Below the pieces are notes generated by a model that saw nothing but the letters and a program-made list of their open reading frames with translations, was not told the DNA's origin and did not search any database. From Gnetum montanum (lineage: Eukaryota > Plantae > Gnetophyta): a DNA stretch of 64,000 bases. Position 1 is the stretch's first letter. Each line of letters begins with the position of its first letter. Shown here in pieces: positions 50,200 to 64,000 of this stretch. Where the stretch lies: the NCBI GenBank assembly GCA_015680685.1, contig MNCI01002391.1, positions 30,944-94,943 of the forward strand. Direction: 5' to 3'. The position numbers and the translations under genes were made by a program.

Positions 50200-53100
50200 A
50201 ATTCCTTGTTAATACTAATACTAATATACTATCCAATGTTGCATTTTAAATAGAGCTTATCTTTCTCATGTATGGTCTTAGCTATTAATTTGGTAATGAC
50301 ATCTTATCAAATGTCTCCTTGGTCAAAATCCAAGCTTCTGAAGATTTATTTTCTCATAAGTTTGACATCAATATTCCATTAATTTAACACCTACAAGACT
50401 TAAATTTTTTTATAATGTTGTATTCCTTATAAAATTCAAAGAACTTTTATTCATTATACTTCATTTCTAAGTGCCCAATATTTATCCATTAATGAAATGG
50501 AGATATATTCATCTTGAAGGGATACAAATAATTAGAGAAGCTAAAAGTATCAATGTCTTGGAATTTCTAGGGTTCTTCCTCTCTTTCTATATGGAACATT
50601 TTGAAAATGTAATGAAGCAGAATTTGTAATGGAAAGTTGGAACTTAGTTTAGTATTCTCAACTCTATGAATTCACTATTAGATATGTAACTTGAAAGCTC
50701 AATGTTTACATTTGATAACCTTTTGTCTATTTGAAAAGAATCCTACTTTTAATTCAATCATGTTAGGCTAGGTTATTTGATTTAATTGATGTCACTTATA
50801 TAATATCCCTACAATCTCTTAAATTTCTAAAGTTATCCTTTCTGATTACTTGAACTCAAATCCTTTGAGTAATTATTGAAGCTATGAGATTTCAAAAGTC
50901 TATGTGATAGTTAACATAGGTCTAAGGTTCAAATCATAATTTGAGTTGTTCTAAATTTTTTTTATTAGGATAATATCAATGTTAATATTTTCTTAATATT
51001 CAAGCTTAATTCTCTTTAATAACACATTTTTTGACCTCTTACAAGTCAACTCAATTTTGTATTGAACCAAACTAAAGCTTTTCTTTAGAATCGCTTTTTG
51101 GTTATTTTGATTTTATTGATGTGGCATGAGCATCTTGTACTTCTTTCCAACTAGAACTAATTTTAATCTCTTCTTTAGAATCATTTTCAGGTTCTACATG
51201 ACTTTCTATATAATATGGTGATGTGGAATCAAGTTTGAAAATCATTCTTTTAGTTCTAGTGATTTTTTAAAATAATCTCTTCTTGTTTTTCTTTTTGACT
51301 AGAAATGGATTCAAATGCCCTACTATGTGCTGACATGGCACTTTAGTATAATCATTTTTGAGCTCCCTCTTAGAACTTTTATCTCTTTCTTGAGTATTAC
51401 TAAAATTTAAAAGCTTTTTCTCCATTAATCAACAGTAGCTAATTCCAACATGGTAATCTTATTTCAATAGTCTTGTCATCATTTAACATCTTGTGGGACC
51501 AAGTATCCTGAACTATTTTCAGCTTGATGTTAGTTTTAAGAACTCTTAATGATGTGGCTTACACTAGTAACTTATTGAATTTTTAGGATGTAGGATAGAT
51601 TTTTGAGAGAATGAAATTCATCTTCTAAGCTCTAGCTTATAGAGTTTATTTTTGCTTCTACAAGGCCTTGTGCTTCATATAGAAGAACCAAATTTGAGAT
51701 TCTTTGTAAAACCATTATTTATTTTATGAGCTTTTAATTAAAAATATTTATGATGATGTGACAAGATATTTTTTTCATATCATTCATAACTTTCTTGATT
51801 TTTAAGCTCCTTTTTATCAGTGAATATGGAAGTGTGCCATTATAATGTTGACGTGGCTCATAGAACCAAATCAAAGTCTCTCTTTAGAATCACCTTTTGG
51901 TTCTATGTATTTTTCTATAACTTTATAATGATTAAGCTAATATGTAAAAGCCTTGCTGTAACTTCTACCTTCCTTGTAAAATGAAAATAAAACTTCTTTT
52001 TATAACCATTTTTGTTCTACTAGCTAATACCTTTGTAAACTAATGTGAAGCTCATGATGAGTAAAATATTTCTCAAACACTTTTTAAAATGTGAAATTTG
52101 CAGATCCCAGCATAGCATAGAGACATTATGCTTATCATTTTTGTAGAATCAAATTGAGATATTTTTTTAGAGACATTAAGCTTATCATTTTTGTAGAATC
52201 AAATTGAGATAATTTTTTCTTGTAATACCTTTGTTAGCATGTTAGAAAGTGATTTGTTCTTATAGAACCAAATAAGATCTTTTCTTTATAACCATTTCCA
52301 AGTTTTATGGGCTCTTCTATCATATGAGCTAATATTGATAAGTGCTAAAGGTAAGTTTGGCTTTGCATGTTTAAAGCAAGAAATCTAGCTCTCCTAATAA
52401 AACCAATATTTATTCTAAAAGCTTTGAGTGGCATGTTAGAGAGCTAATTATTACTTGGAATTTGATTCCCTTATAGAATCAAATTTGTGAACTTTTCTAC
52501 AACCAATTTTTTGTTCTTTAATATTTTTAGATGGTCCTTTTCTTACATGGTGACCAAGCTCCTTATAGAACCAAATTTGTAAAACTGAATTTTGATTCTA
52601 GAAGATAGTTCTAATTAACATTAATGATTGAGTCTCTTACATCTAACTTTACTAGCTCTCACTAGACCTAGCTAGGTTATAAACTTAGCTTAGCATGTGC
52701 CTTTTTTCAGCCTTCTTGACATAATGCCAATTTTATCTTTTGAATAAAAAGTATCTCTTGATTAAAATATATGTCATCTTTTTATCTTGAGACTCATACT
52801 TAAGCATATTATAAGCTTCATTCTAGTGCTACTATGGTGACGAGTCCTTATAGAATCCTAAAAGAACTCCAGCTATGAATTTTCATAGCACTTAAAAATT
52901 TTTCTTGTTCTAAGAGAGGCTTCAGCCATTTTACCATGATTCATGTTCATGAGCTTGCTAAAATCAATTTTCTCATATCTAATCATAAAGATTGATTTTA
53001 TGATTAGATTATTTCAAATCTCTACTTTATGTAGCTTTAGCTTTAAGATTTAGTGAACCAAAACTTGATTTTTATCATTAACTCAAGTCATCAATTACAA

Positions 53101-54178
53101 GAATTGATATGCATAATGCTAAATATAGCTCTCAATTTTCAATATACAATTCTATTGATATACATTTTAGAGTCATATACTATTACTTACTTGATGATAT
53201 TTCTTAATATTTAGGCATTAATTAACTTGAACTTAACTCTACAAGCATTCATCTCTTAATACTTGTTCAATGTTTGATTGTTCCCTAAAATCATCCTTTC
53301 TCTTCATATTTAATATAAAATTTCTATTCTTGATTTAACCATTCCGAAATATGATTAAATTTTAACAATTCTTGCCCAATAGATAAGTCAAATTTTTTAA
53401 AACATTTCCTAGTAACTAAAATTTTATAATCTTTGATAATAATCAATATATTTTTGGGAAAACACATATAATAGCTTCAAGCCATGTAAAGGTGAAAAAT
53501 CCCTAGTTTTCTATTATGTAAATAAAACTAAAATGATACTCCCAATAGACTTAAGCTAGTTGAACTGAATGGCAATTGAGAATAATCATAGTCATTTTAG
53601 TAATTTTTCATTCTCTAGCTTCATCATAGTTAATTTTTATGTTTACTTTTGTTGATATTCTATTTTCTAGCTCTTTATCCTCAACTGGTGCTCTTCACCA
53701 AGGTCTTAAAATTTAAACTGTCCTCATGCTTAGCTCCATTCTCTTGCTACTTCTCATATTCAACTTATCTTTCTTCATTATTATTAGGTTGAGAGACTAG
53801 CATGTCTTTAAAATTAAACTCTTAATTAAAGTATTCTTCTTTCCCTACCTTTTTTTCCAAAGAAAAATTTGAGTTCTTAAGGAATTCAATCCATTCTCTA
53901 TCATGAATTGATCTTCCATTAGTAATCATAGTTAATTCATTATAAAGCCAAGTCATAAATGAATAATTATAAGATTCTTTATATGTAATAGCTCTATAAT
54001 ACATCCTTTCAACATGGTTAGGGAAATACTTGAAAAGATATGGAATAAAACACCTAGCTTTTATTTTAGTCTTTCTCAACCAATGAATAACATTCTTCTT
54101 ACTATGGGTCCTAATTTGTTCACCTTGGCTCCCATTACTTAGTGAAAAGTATATATAATCATAGTTAGTACTTTCCAT
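50200..54178 (-). pseudogene. Long, repetitive, decayed extra ORF region downstream of the Tat integrase
   Basis: ATG at 54178 lies about 110 bp after the INT end and the first 118 aa are open. A TAGAACCAAAT unit recurs across 51060-52600. Confidence 0.45.
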
Positions 54179-54289
54179 TTTATCTCATCATCAAAGTGTG
54201 TAAATAAGAAGTTTATGGTACAGTATGTATATATTTAGATATCTTGTTAGCCTTTACAACCCATTTTTATGTGGGTGATTATCTAAAGT

Positions 54290-57200
54290 AATTTTTTAGA
54301 TAGATGGCGTTAAATGGGTAAGTTAATGCTTGTCCATCCAAAGTAGCTAATTTGAAGGTATTATCATCCACTTCTTGCTTGAGTATTAATAGCCCTATCC
54401 ATTTAGCTATGAATTTATTATGATGATTCTTTTTATTAAATTTTCATAACAAGACTATATTCCCTTCCTTGAAAAAATTCTATCATACTTAATGATCAAA
54501 CCATCTCTTCATTATAGCTACATTATATAAGAGCTTATCTCTAGCCCTCTCCATTTCTACTTCTCTTCTCAACAATAATGTCATTAAACTCTACTCTTCA
54601 TCTATTCACAAATTAACTTCATTCATGAACTCTATTGCTGAGGACACAATTTTGTTGATTATGCAAACATTCAATAAATAAAAAAGGCTAAATTAAGTAG
54701 TATCTATTGATTTTTCAATCCTAATTCTATCTATCCAGAAAGTTCCTTGTAAATGTTCATATCAATTTCTGAGCTTTTATCAACTAAATGTTTAATAAAT
54801 AATACTAGCTTCTTATTGGTTGATTCATCAAAATAATTTTCTATGATGTAATAATTTAATGAGGAAAATAGTACAATTAATTTTTCTAAAGATCATTTTA
54901 TAAACTCAATAGATTAAAAAGGTGATTCATTATTGATGACTAGTGATTCTAGCATTTCAAAGCAATTTATAATGTTATGTTTTAAGAACTTAATCATATT
55001 AGTTGATATGCTTTTCTAAGGGCTTTAGCTTTCAGCCACTTGGTACAATAATTAGTAGCTATTAATATAAATTTATATCCTATTTTGGATGGAGTAATGG
55101 TCCCTATAAAATCAAGCCTCTAATGTTGAAAAGGTCTATCTACCACCACTAGCCTCAATGAAGCACTAGCCTTTTAAAGCTTTGTTTAATGGGTTTGACA
55201 CTTAAAAATAAGTTTGGATCTTATTATCTAGATCCTGATACATGATGGAGCAATAGAAATTATAACTTAGAATGTGTTACATTGTAGTTCTTAGGGATTC
55301 ATAATATAGGCCATAATGATTATGAAATTGGCTTAAATTTTCATCAAATTTTTGATTTGGTGCACATTCTAATAATCTTCCTCTAAAATCTTTCCTGTAT
55401 AATATCTTGTTAGTGAAAATGTAGTTTTTGTCCTCTAAATAAAAGATCTATTTTAACTTTTAAAAAAATATTTTGGGACTTCACATTGAATAAGGAATCT
55501 AATAATGTCATCATACCAATCTTTAATCTTAAGTAAAGCTATTAGTCCCTCTTGAGTTTCTTTAGGCATTATCTTGGTCAATCCCATATTTTGCAATGTT
55601 TCACATGTTTCTAATGTGAATTTAAATTGTTGCAACTTAATCATCCAATTTTCCATTTTCCATCAAATCTCATTTTCAGACAAAATTGTCTAACAACTAG
55701 TTCTATAATCATAATATGAATAGTCAAAATTTTAAAGTAGTACTTGAAATATATCAAAGCCTTCCTTCATGATAGTGTAATCTTGTCCTTATAATTTAGA
55801 GTAATTTCTTTCAACCTCTTTTAGTTAATAACCCAAAAATTCAATTGATTTCTCTTCTCTATCATTCTATTGCATTAATATTATAGCTATAGAATCCTTG
55901 GATATAAAATCATATAACCATTTTTTTTTTCAATTTTGGTTTTACCAAATATGAAGCTTTCATGATATCTTCTTTAATTAAGTATAATTCTTTGATAAAA
56001 TCTTTAGCCTTCATTACTTCTACATCCTTCTATATCATTTTTAATAAAGGTTATGTTATTTTTGTAAATCCTAGCAAAAATTTCTTAATGAAAATGATCT
56101 TTTCAAAGAATAAGTGTAAGGATTTTTTGTTCATCAAATGTTCAATATTTTGGATTTTGTGTATCCTCAATTGATCTATGGCTATTCCTTCTAGCACTTA
56201 TGTATCCTAACATGCTTCTTGATTTCACCCAAAAAATACATTTTCTAGGGTATAAAGAACTTCCAAATATTTTACATCTATCCGATATCTGCTAAAGGTA
56301 TATTATGTGATATTTTTTATGTTTTTAGTATACTATGATATCATCTAGTTATACAGCCACTAATTTGCCAACTAGGCCTTTTAAACCAATAACCATGATG
56401 CATTGAAATGCTGCTCCAACATTATACAAACTAAAGGGCATTCTTTTATATGCAAAGATTTCTCACATTATTATAAATGTAGTTTTGTATGTATCGGTCT
56501 TATCTACTATAATTGTATTGTATCTTAAGAAGCCATTTAAGAATGAATATAGTTATCATCCTAATACTTTTATCATCATTTCAGCAATCCTTAGAATTAC
56601 ATACCTATCTTTAATTGAGGTTCTATTTGAGTTTCTAAAATCAACACACAACCTAATGTTAGAAAATTTGCTATTCATATCAAATAGCATATGTGATAAA
56701 TTATTTAAGTAATTAATAATTTCTTAATTTCAACATCCATGATTGTTTTGAATATAGGATTGAATTTTCTTAGCTTTTGTTTTATAATTCTACATCCTTC
56801 AATTAGCATAGTTTTATGAATCATCGCATAAGGATAAAAAGCTCTCAGGTAATCATAAGTCCATACAAAGTTCTCTAAATTCTTGTTAAGTAATTTTCTC
56901 ACATGTAATTTCATTTGTTGTTATAATTTTTTACCAAGATTTAGAGTTTTTAGATTATCTTTAGATAAAAAATTCACTACTTTGTATATTTTGTCTTTAG
57001 GATTTTGAATATCTTTATCCTTAATTAGTTTTTATTAAATTCATCTTCAAATTTAAGTATTCTTTTTAAGATCATGTTTTTTTAATGTTTTTCTTCTTTT
57101 CTAGTAAGCATGTAATTTCTAAATTCATGTATGCTTTTTTAAAAATGTAATATCTACTCATCATCCTTAAATACTTGAAGATAGATTATACTATAAGGAA

Positions 57201-58104
57201 CTAGAAGTTTTAGTTTAAACTCAATCACTATCATCTTTTGTTCTTCTATCTTAGTGATGTCTAGACTTGAATCTACTATATCAAGTTCATCAAAGATTTG
57301 ATTTTCTTCTCTTGGAACATTTTTATCTCATGTTCTTTAAATATTTCTAGTATCTTTAATATAAATTATTTATATGATCTTAAGGATAAGACTTTAATGA
57401 CACATTTTCCCTAAATCTAATCATAGATAAGCTTTGAATCATTCTTGATTTTATTGTTATAGCTCCCTTATTGATAGTCATTTTGATGCCTCTACACACA
57501 TCGTCATAGTTAGCTTTATTCTTTCTACAATGAAACTATAATTGGATAGCTTTGAAGTTTTCATGAAATTTTAAATATATTAAAATGATACATATTGTTG
57601 GCCCTTTTAAACTATAGACATCATTAAAGTGCTTTTTAAATATTATTTCTCTTGCTCTTATAGATGCATGAAGTGGACCTCATGTACAAAGCTAACTCCT
57701 ACTTCAATGTATTTTGACTTTGGAACCTCATTTTTATGATCAACTATAATATTTTTCATAATTAAGGCTTCACTATTTACATAGATTTGATTAGGCTATC
57801 CTTTCCATGATAGCCACATGTGAGAATAATCAATAGCAATATATCTCAAAAATTTTTTGCTACAACTTCTAATTAGTAATAAGGTATATGAATCCAAAAT
57901 ATCTACGATCTAAAACATTATCTTATTTTTTATTCCTAGATCTAAGGCCACTTGTAGTAGAACATTGGGTAATTATCCTACTATTTTAACTCAACTTTTA
58001 TCTACATGAAAATATTTTCTATTTAACTTTTCAAGTATTAGTAGTAGCTATTTAAAGATAGGTAAAGACATCAATGTTGATGTGGCTTGAGAGTTGACTG
58101 GACA
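54290..58104 (-). pseudogene. Tat-lineage pol with order PR-aRH-RT-RH-INT
   Basis: PR about 58104-57790, aRH about 57640-57285. RT motif FVWTYDYLRAFYP..IKQKLRKFNP. RH-INT linker ENWMIKLQQF..WYDDIIRFL. INT end KFIAKWIG..TFKLATLDG. Confidence 0.8.
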
Positions 58105-59454
58105 TGTAACAATTCTATTAATTATCTATAAAATCTTATAAATAACTAATAGAAGTGCTACAAAACCTCAAGGATCTAGATTTAACATTAATTTGGTAAT
58201 TCAAAAAGAAGTCATAAAATAGATAAACATTATTAATTAAAAACATAAATATAGTAGAGTAATACAACGTAGAAAAATTTTACATTACTCACATATATAA
58301 TTAAATAAAATTTATTTAGGGAAAAATAGAGTTTCATCTAGACACAAAAATGTAGATGTTGAAATATCACTAATTGCATCATAAAATAGTATGCAAAATA
58401 ACAATTTGAATAAAACTTCTTTAACTGTAATTGTAGATCTAGAAATAAAGATATTTACATTTAAAGTTTACCAAATTAAATAATAAAATAAAAAATAATA
58501 ATTAAATAAAATATTAATGTATAATAAATAATATTATTTTTCATGAACATATAGCATGTCCCAAAATGAAAAATAATGCTTGCAAGATCATGATCCAAAT
58601 GGCATAGGAAACAATTTCATATCTATTATACTTTATTATTTATTCATAAAAATAAGTACATGGATTAAGTATCTAAAAAGTATAGAAGGTTTCTATTTTA
58701 CAAAAATATAAAATATAAAAAAATTATTTTTAAATATTAGATTATCCATCTTGTATAGAATTTATCTATCTTTCATTTCATGTCCCTCTTCTAATGTTTT
58801 CGTGGCTACTCTAAGCTTTCTACATCAAAATGCAAGAGAAGCCAAAACTCCCCAAATAAGAAAGATTATTTTATTTTCCTCTTCATGGAGCATAAAGGTT
58901 CTATGGAAAAATTCTCAAGATATAACCTAGGCAAAGGTTTCTATATAAATATTCAAAATGTTTCAAATCCCATAAATGCCACAAACTTTTCCAAAATAAA
59001 TAAATAAAGTCTTAAAAATCTAAGGAATATATATTTTATTTAGGAATCTTCAAAGGCTAGCTTTTGGTTATCCTCACTACAAAAGAAATATACCAATAGG
59101 TCTTGAAATAACCTCACCACTATCATTAGATTATCTTTTAATTATTTAATATCTAAGATATCACAAATTTATTCAACAAAAATCCAAAGACTATATCTTT
59201 TATCGAGGCATCTCCAAAGGGTGGCTCTTGGTTATCTTCACTGCTAAAGGAATATACCAATAGGTCTTAGAATAACCTCACTAATATCATCAAGTTATCC
59301 TTGTGATCCCAAATGAGCCACACATGGTTGGGTATTGGAAATAGTCTCACTACTAACATTATTAATGGCTAATGCACATATATTATTGAAATTATAGGTC
59401 TTAACCATGTTTTATTGCACATCACTAGATCCAACATCTTAGTATCATGGTCTC
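58105..59454. mobile_element. Non-coding LTR-like insertion (starts TGTAAC) interrupting the Tat protease
   Basis: Begins right next to the protease active-site codons. Contains a duplicated ~75 bp unit at about 59051-59128 and 59216-59292. Confidence 0.5.
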
Positions 59455-59927
59455 TATGACATCCCATTTCCAAATGTCATAAAAATACAATCACTTAATT
59501 TATCACATTAATCATTTTCTTAGATAATATAATGAAGAAATCATAAATACTTAATAAATGAATTAACTGATAAATAAATAATTGGTACTATAGAATAGAA
59601 AAGAGGAAAATGAAAAAAATTTATTAATAGGAGAGAGTATTGTAACATCCTCTAGGTTATCTTCCTATGCCACTTAAGCCTTAGAGGTAAGCTAGCATTG
59701 CCACCACAGTTAGGTTGTCCTGCCAAAGGGGTAATCAGTCACTTCTTTTCCCACTTCACCTGGCTCTTATCACGTAGCTATCTCAGCTCCACAATTCCAT
59801 CCTAACATGAGCTCTAAACCTAGCCTTAAATGGCATAAGTCAAACCCTTTTCCAAGAGATACATGAATAATCATAACTCCTCATAATGAGGTGCCCCTTC
59901 ATTTGAAGGTTAATTACATTATTTACA
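59455..59927 (-). repeat. Probable 3' LTR of the chromovirus on the right
   Basis: On the - strand GAGGACAAG...gagggtggaaataat (PPT) precedes TGTAA. The other end reads tatgacatccc. Confidence 0.55.
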
Positions 59928-60179
59928 ATTATTTCCACCCTCAACAAGGGATGGAAATCTACTTGTCCTCCCCCCCCCCCCCCCCCCCCCCCCTAAGCAT
60001 CTAGCTCATCCTTGAGCACTTCCTCTATATTTATCCACTTAGCCGTTGCTTCATCATCATGCTCCTCAGCTTCAATTCCTTTATTTTCTATACAAATAGA
60101 AGATCAGAAATCATAAAACATAATTTATTGCATCCAGAATAAATACAATTTATCATACAATATCATGATGATAAAAAAT

Positions 60180-63100
60180 TTTGGGTAAGTATTAAAAATA
60201 AATTTCCTATTTTACCAAGTCTGCTAATCACAATTTGACCATTGAACAAGTACTTTGTTGATAGTTTTATTTTGTAAATTCTTAGTTCATTGGTTCTTAA
60301 TTGTAATGGGTTTAACCTCTAAGCTATCATTGGATCGCAAAGGTAAAGTATTCCAATCCAGCACATATGGTACATTATTTTCATGAAATTTCTTTAATGA
60401 GCTCACATGGAAAACTAGGTGAATTTTTAAGGTTGCTAGAAGATTTACCGATATGATACTTTGCCAATTCTTTCAGGGATTTCAAAAGGTCCACAATATC
60501 TAGGTTCCAATTTAGTATATTTTTCAATTTTAAGAGAACTTTTGGTAGGTTTTACTCTTAGTAGTACTTGATCTCCTACTTGGAATTCTCTTTTAAGTCA
60601 ATGTTGATATGCATATCCTTTGTATATATCTTGGATAACTTACAAAATTTGTTTAACTCTTGTGACAATGTTTTCCATTATTTTCATTTCTTCTTCCTTC
60701 CATTCTATTCTTAAGGTTAGATCTACCCAGGTTAGTGGTGTATGATAATTATGTCCATACACTACTTCAAATGGTGTTTGATGTATCAAACCTTGATAAT
60801 TGTTATTATAGGAAAATTCTACTACATGCAAATAATTTTCCCATGTTTTTGGTCTACTCCCAACATAGCTTCATAGGATATCTTCTAATATTCTATTCAC
60901 ACGTTCAATTTTCCCATCATTCTTAGGATGGTAAGCTATGGTAAATTTCAACTGGGTTCTAAGCTCTTTGAAGAAATTTTTCTAGAATTCAAATATGAAC
61001 TTAGGATCTTGATTCAAGGTGATAGATTTTGGACAACCATGCAATTGAAATACTTCACATACAAATTTTTGAACTACTTCTTCTCCTATGTTTGTAGATT
61101 TGAAAGCTATAAAATGTGCCATTTTTGATAGATGATCAACTACTACCAAAATTAAGTTATTTTCCTTTTTGTTTATTGGAAATCCTACAATGAAATCCAT
61201 GGTGAAATCTTCCCATTTTCAGGTTGGGAATTCCATAGGTTGTAATAATCCACCAAGTTTCCTCTATCTAGCCTTTATTCTTTAGCATGTTGAACAATTT
61301 TTAATGTATGAGAACACATCATTCTCCATTCTAGGCCAAAAATAAGATTTTCATATCATCATATAAGTCTTAATATAACCTAGGTTTCCTACGTATGGTA
61401 CTTCTTATGCTTCACACAATAACCTTAGTCTCCAATTTCATTCTAGTATGCACACTCCTTTTCCTTTCATCAGTAAAATGTTAAAGGTAAGTTGATGTTA
61501 AGGTTCAAAGGAAATATTGGTTAAAATCTTCATAAAATAAGGATCTTATTTTATTTGTTTCTTAATTTCTTCTTCCATAGGGATCTTTACCACATCTATC
61601 ATTAAGTTCCACATTCAACTAAGGGCATCAGCTATCACATTTTTCTTATTGGGGATATATTTGATTTCAAAATCATATTCAGCCAATAATTCTACCCATC
61701 ACCTTTGATGAGTATTCAAAATAGGCTGTCTTTGCAAATATTCTAAACATTTATGATCTATTTTTAGTACAAACCTTTTTGCACAAAGATAATGTCTCCA
61801 AACTTTCAAAGCATGAACAATTACTAGCAATTCTACATCATGGGTTGAGTAATTTACCTCAGCTCCTCATAATTTATGAGATTCATAACATACTAGTTTA
61901 TCTTCTTATGAAATAACTATACTAATTCCTACTCCATAGGCATCCATGGATACTTCAAATGGTAATTCTTCATTTGAAATTTTCAGAATAGGTGTTGTTA
62001 TGAGTAGCATCTTTAATTTGATGAAAGCTTCCCTACATTTTTCATCAAACTTAAATACACACTTTTCCTGCAAAAGTTTAGTTAGTGGTGCTACCAAGGT
62101 AGAATAATATTTCATGAAACATTGATAAAAACCAACTAAACCCAAGAAACTATGAACCATTGTAACATCTTTTATTTTAGGTCAGTTCAAAATCGTACTA
62201 GTTTTTGCAGGATCTACTTGCAATCCTTTCTAGAAACTATATGATCCAAGTATGAAACTTCTTTGTTCAAGAGTTCACATTTACTCAATTTATTTTTTAG
62301 CTGATGCTCTTTAATAATTTCCATTATAATTTTCAATTGTTTGACATGTTCTTCTCTTGACTTAGAATAAATGAGTATATTATCCATAAATACTATACCA
62401 AATTGATCAAGATATTCATGAAAAATATTATTCATTAATGTCATGAATGTTTTAGGTGCATTAGTTAATCCAAATGACATCATAACAAATTCGTATAATC
62501 CATACTTGGTTCTGAAAGCAGTTTTCATACTATCTTTCTCCTTGATCCTCATATAGTGATAACTTGATTTTAAATCAATCTTTGAAAAATAACATGCACC
62601 CATAAATTGATCAAAAAAATCATTAATCCTAGGCAAAGGATAAGTATTTTTAATCATCACTTTATTCAATGCTCTATAATCGATGCATAATCTTAGCATA
62701 CCATCTTTCTTTTTAATAAATAAGACTAGTGCACCCCAAGGTTCTATGCTAAGTCGAATCTTTTCTTCTTCCAATAATTGATCTAATTGTACTTTAAATT
62801 CTATTAATTTAGAAGTAGAAAATATATAAGGATCTTTTAAAATAGCTTTTTTACGAGGAAAAATATTAATAGCATGCTCAATAGTTCCTTTTGGAGGCAA
62901 TTCTCTAGTTTCACCAAAGACTAAATCTTTATATTCCTTAAGTTCTTTTGGAATCTTAGTACCTAAAGATCTCTAAGGTTGGATTACTTTAACAACCAAC
63001 ATTGTAGCACCCTTTTTGAATAATCTTTTGGTTTACTTAATGGTTATTGTATAAATTTTCCTTGCTGTTCCTACCCCCATTACAACCTTGACTCCATCAA

Positions 63101-64000
63101 TGGTTGGGACTTTTAAAATACAAATTTTAAAGTGGACAGTAATATCGAATTTTTGTAGGAAAGCCATTCCTAAAATTTCATCCACATTGCCTAGTTCCAA
63201 TTGAAAGAATTCATGAATGAAAGACATGTTTTATAAAGTAAAGTTAATTTCTCCATACCTGGTATGCTTGCTCACGATCATTCCGTCTACCAATTCTATC
63301 TTAATAATTTTCTTGGAAGGTAAACTTAATTTCAATAAATTAATTAACTTTGGAGAAATAAAGTTATCACTGCCACCAATATCAACCAATAATTCCATTT
63401 GTTTACCTTTAATTGAACCTTCAAAATTAGTAAAGAAAATTGAAATTTACGTAAACCTAATTTAGTTGATACAGATATTTTCTTCATGGTTATGATGGTG
63501 GTTGGAATTTTTCCTTTGTTCATGTTGGGTTGGGTTTTTGATTCTTGATTTGGTAGGTCCTTTGTACTTTTATTCATAATTTTGGACAGTCTAATTTGAA
63601 ATGATGTTCACCACAATCCTAATCCTGATCAAGCTCTTTTAATTAGTGTTTCCTCTACTATTTCTTGTGGAAGGGTAGCTTATCAAAGAGTTGCTTGTCA
63701 AAGGGTAGCTTGTATCTAATTCAATTCTTCATAATCCAGGGCAATTTTGTATGTTTCACCAATAGTTCGAGGATTATGGGCTTGTGCTCTAGGATACAAT
63801 TAAGCATGTAGTCCACCAATGACCTTTGAAGCTAATTCTCCCGCATCCTAGTGACATACATACTAAGAAAGATCATAGAATTGCTTGTAGTAATTATCTA
63901 TGGATAGCCTTCCCAATCTTCAAGAACCAAATCATAGTTTTTTCTCTTTTAGGCGAGAATCAAGGACAAATTTTTGTTCAAAATCTCGACAAAAATTAAG
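60180..64000 (-). pseudogene. Chromovirus (Tekay/Del-like) gag-pol: gag, PR, RT, RH, INT, chromodomain
   Basis: [73 protein letters not shown] and PRYCGPF. Chromodomain KVLVQWSN at about 60180-60320. Confidence 0.9.

Overview
AT-rich plant DNA, probably a gymnosperm (inferred from a Tat element with PR-aRH-RT order). It is almost entirely nested, CG/CHG-decayed LTR retrotransposons. I found no intact host gene, and no TE ORF is intact. 1-29.8 kb is dominated by one Athila-like family (0.75-0.9 kb TGATG...CATCA LTRs, tRNA-Asp PBS, AGTCATGGGGG PPT) inserted into itself repeatedly. Two copies are complete, TSD-bounded and pol-less: 2977-9432 (-) and 16665-23379 (+). A CRM-like gag-PR fragment (23.4-26.0 kb) lies between family copies. 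Further right are a Tat/Retand-like pol-less element with an antisense intron-containing PMD-like gene, a pol-less SIRE-like Copia, another Athila integrase remnant, a Tat element with an extra RNase H and a ~4 kb repetitive downstream region, and a chromovirus pol. The most novel signals are: (1) a covarying hairpin/pseudoknot conserved at the U5 end of the Athila-like LTRs; (2) PMD/Transposase_32-like accessory proteins in three lineages, two of which also have palindromic CpG arrays at both the LTR and an internal promoter; (3) a post-protease domain kept in non-autonomous elements, with a partial Nudix box. All calls were made by eye and most boundaries are approximate.
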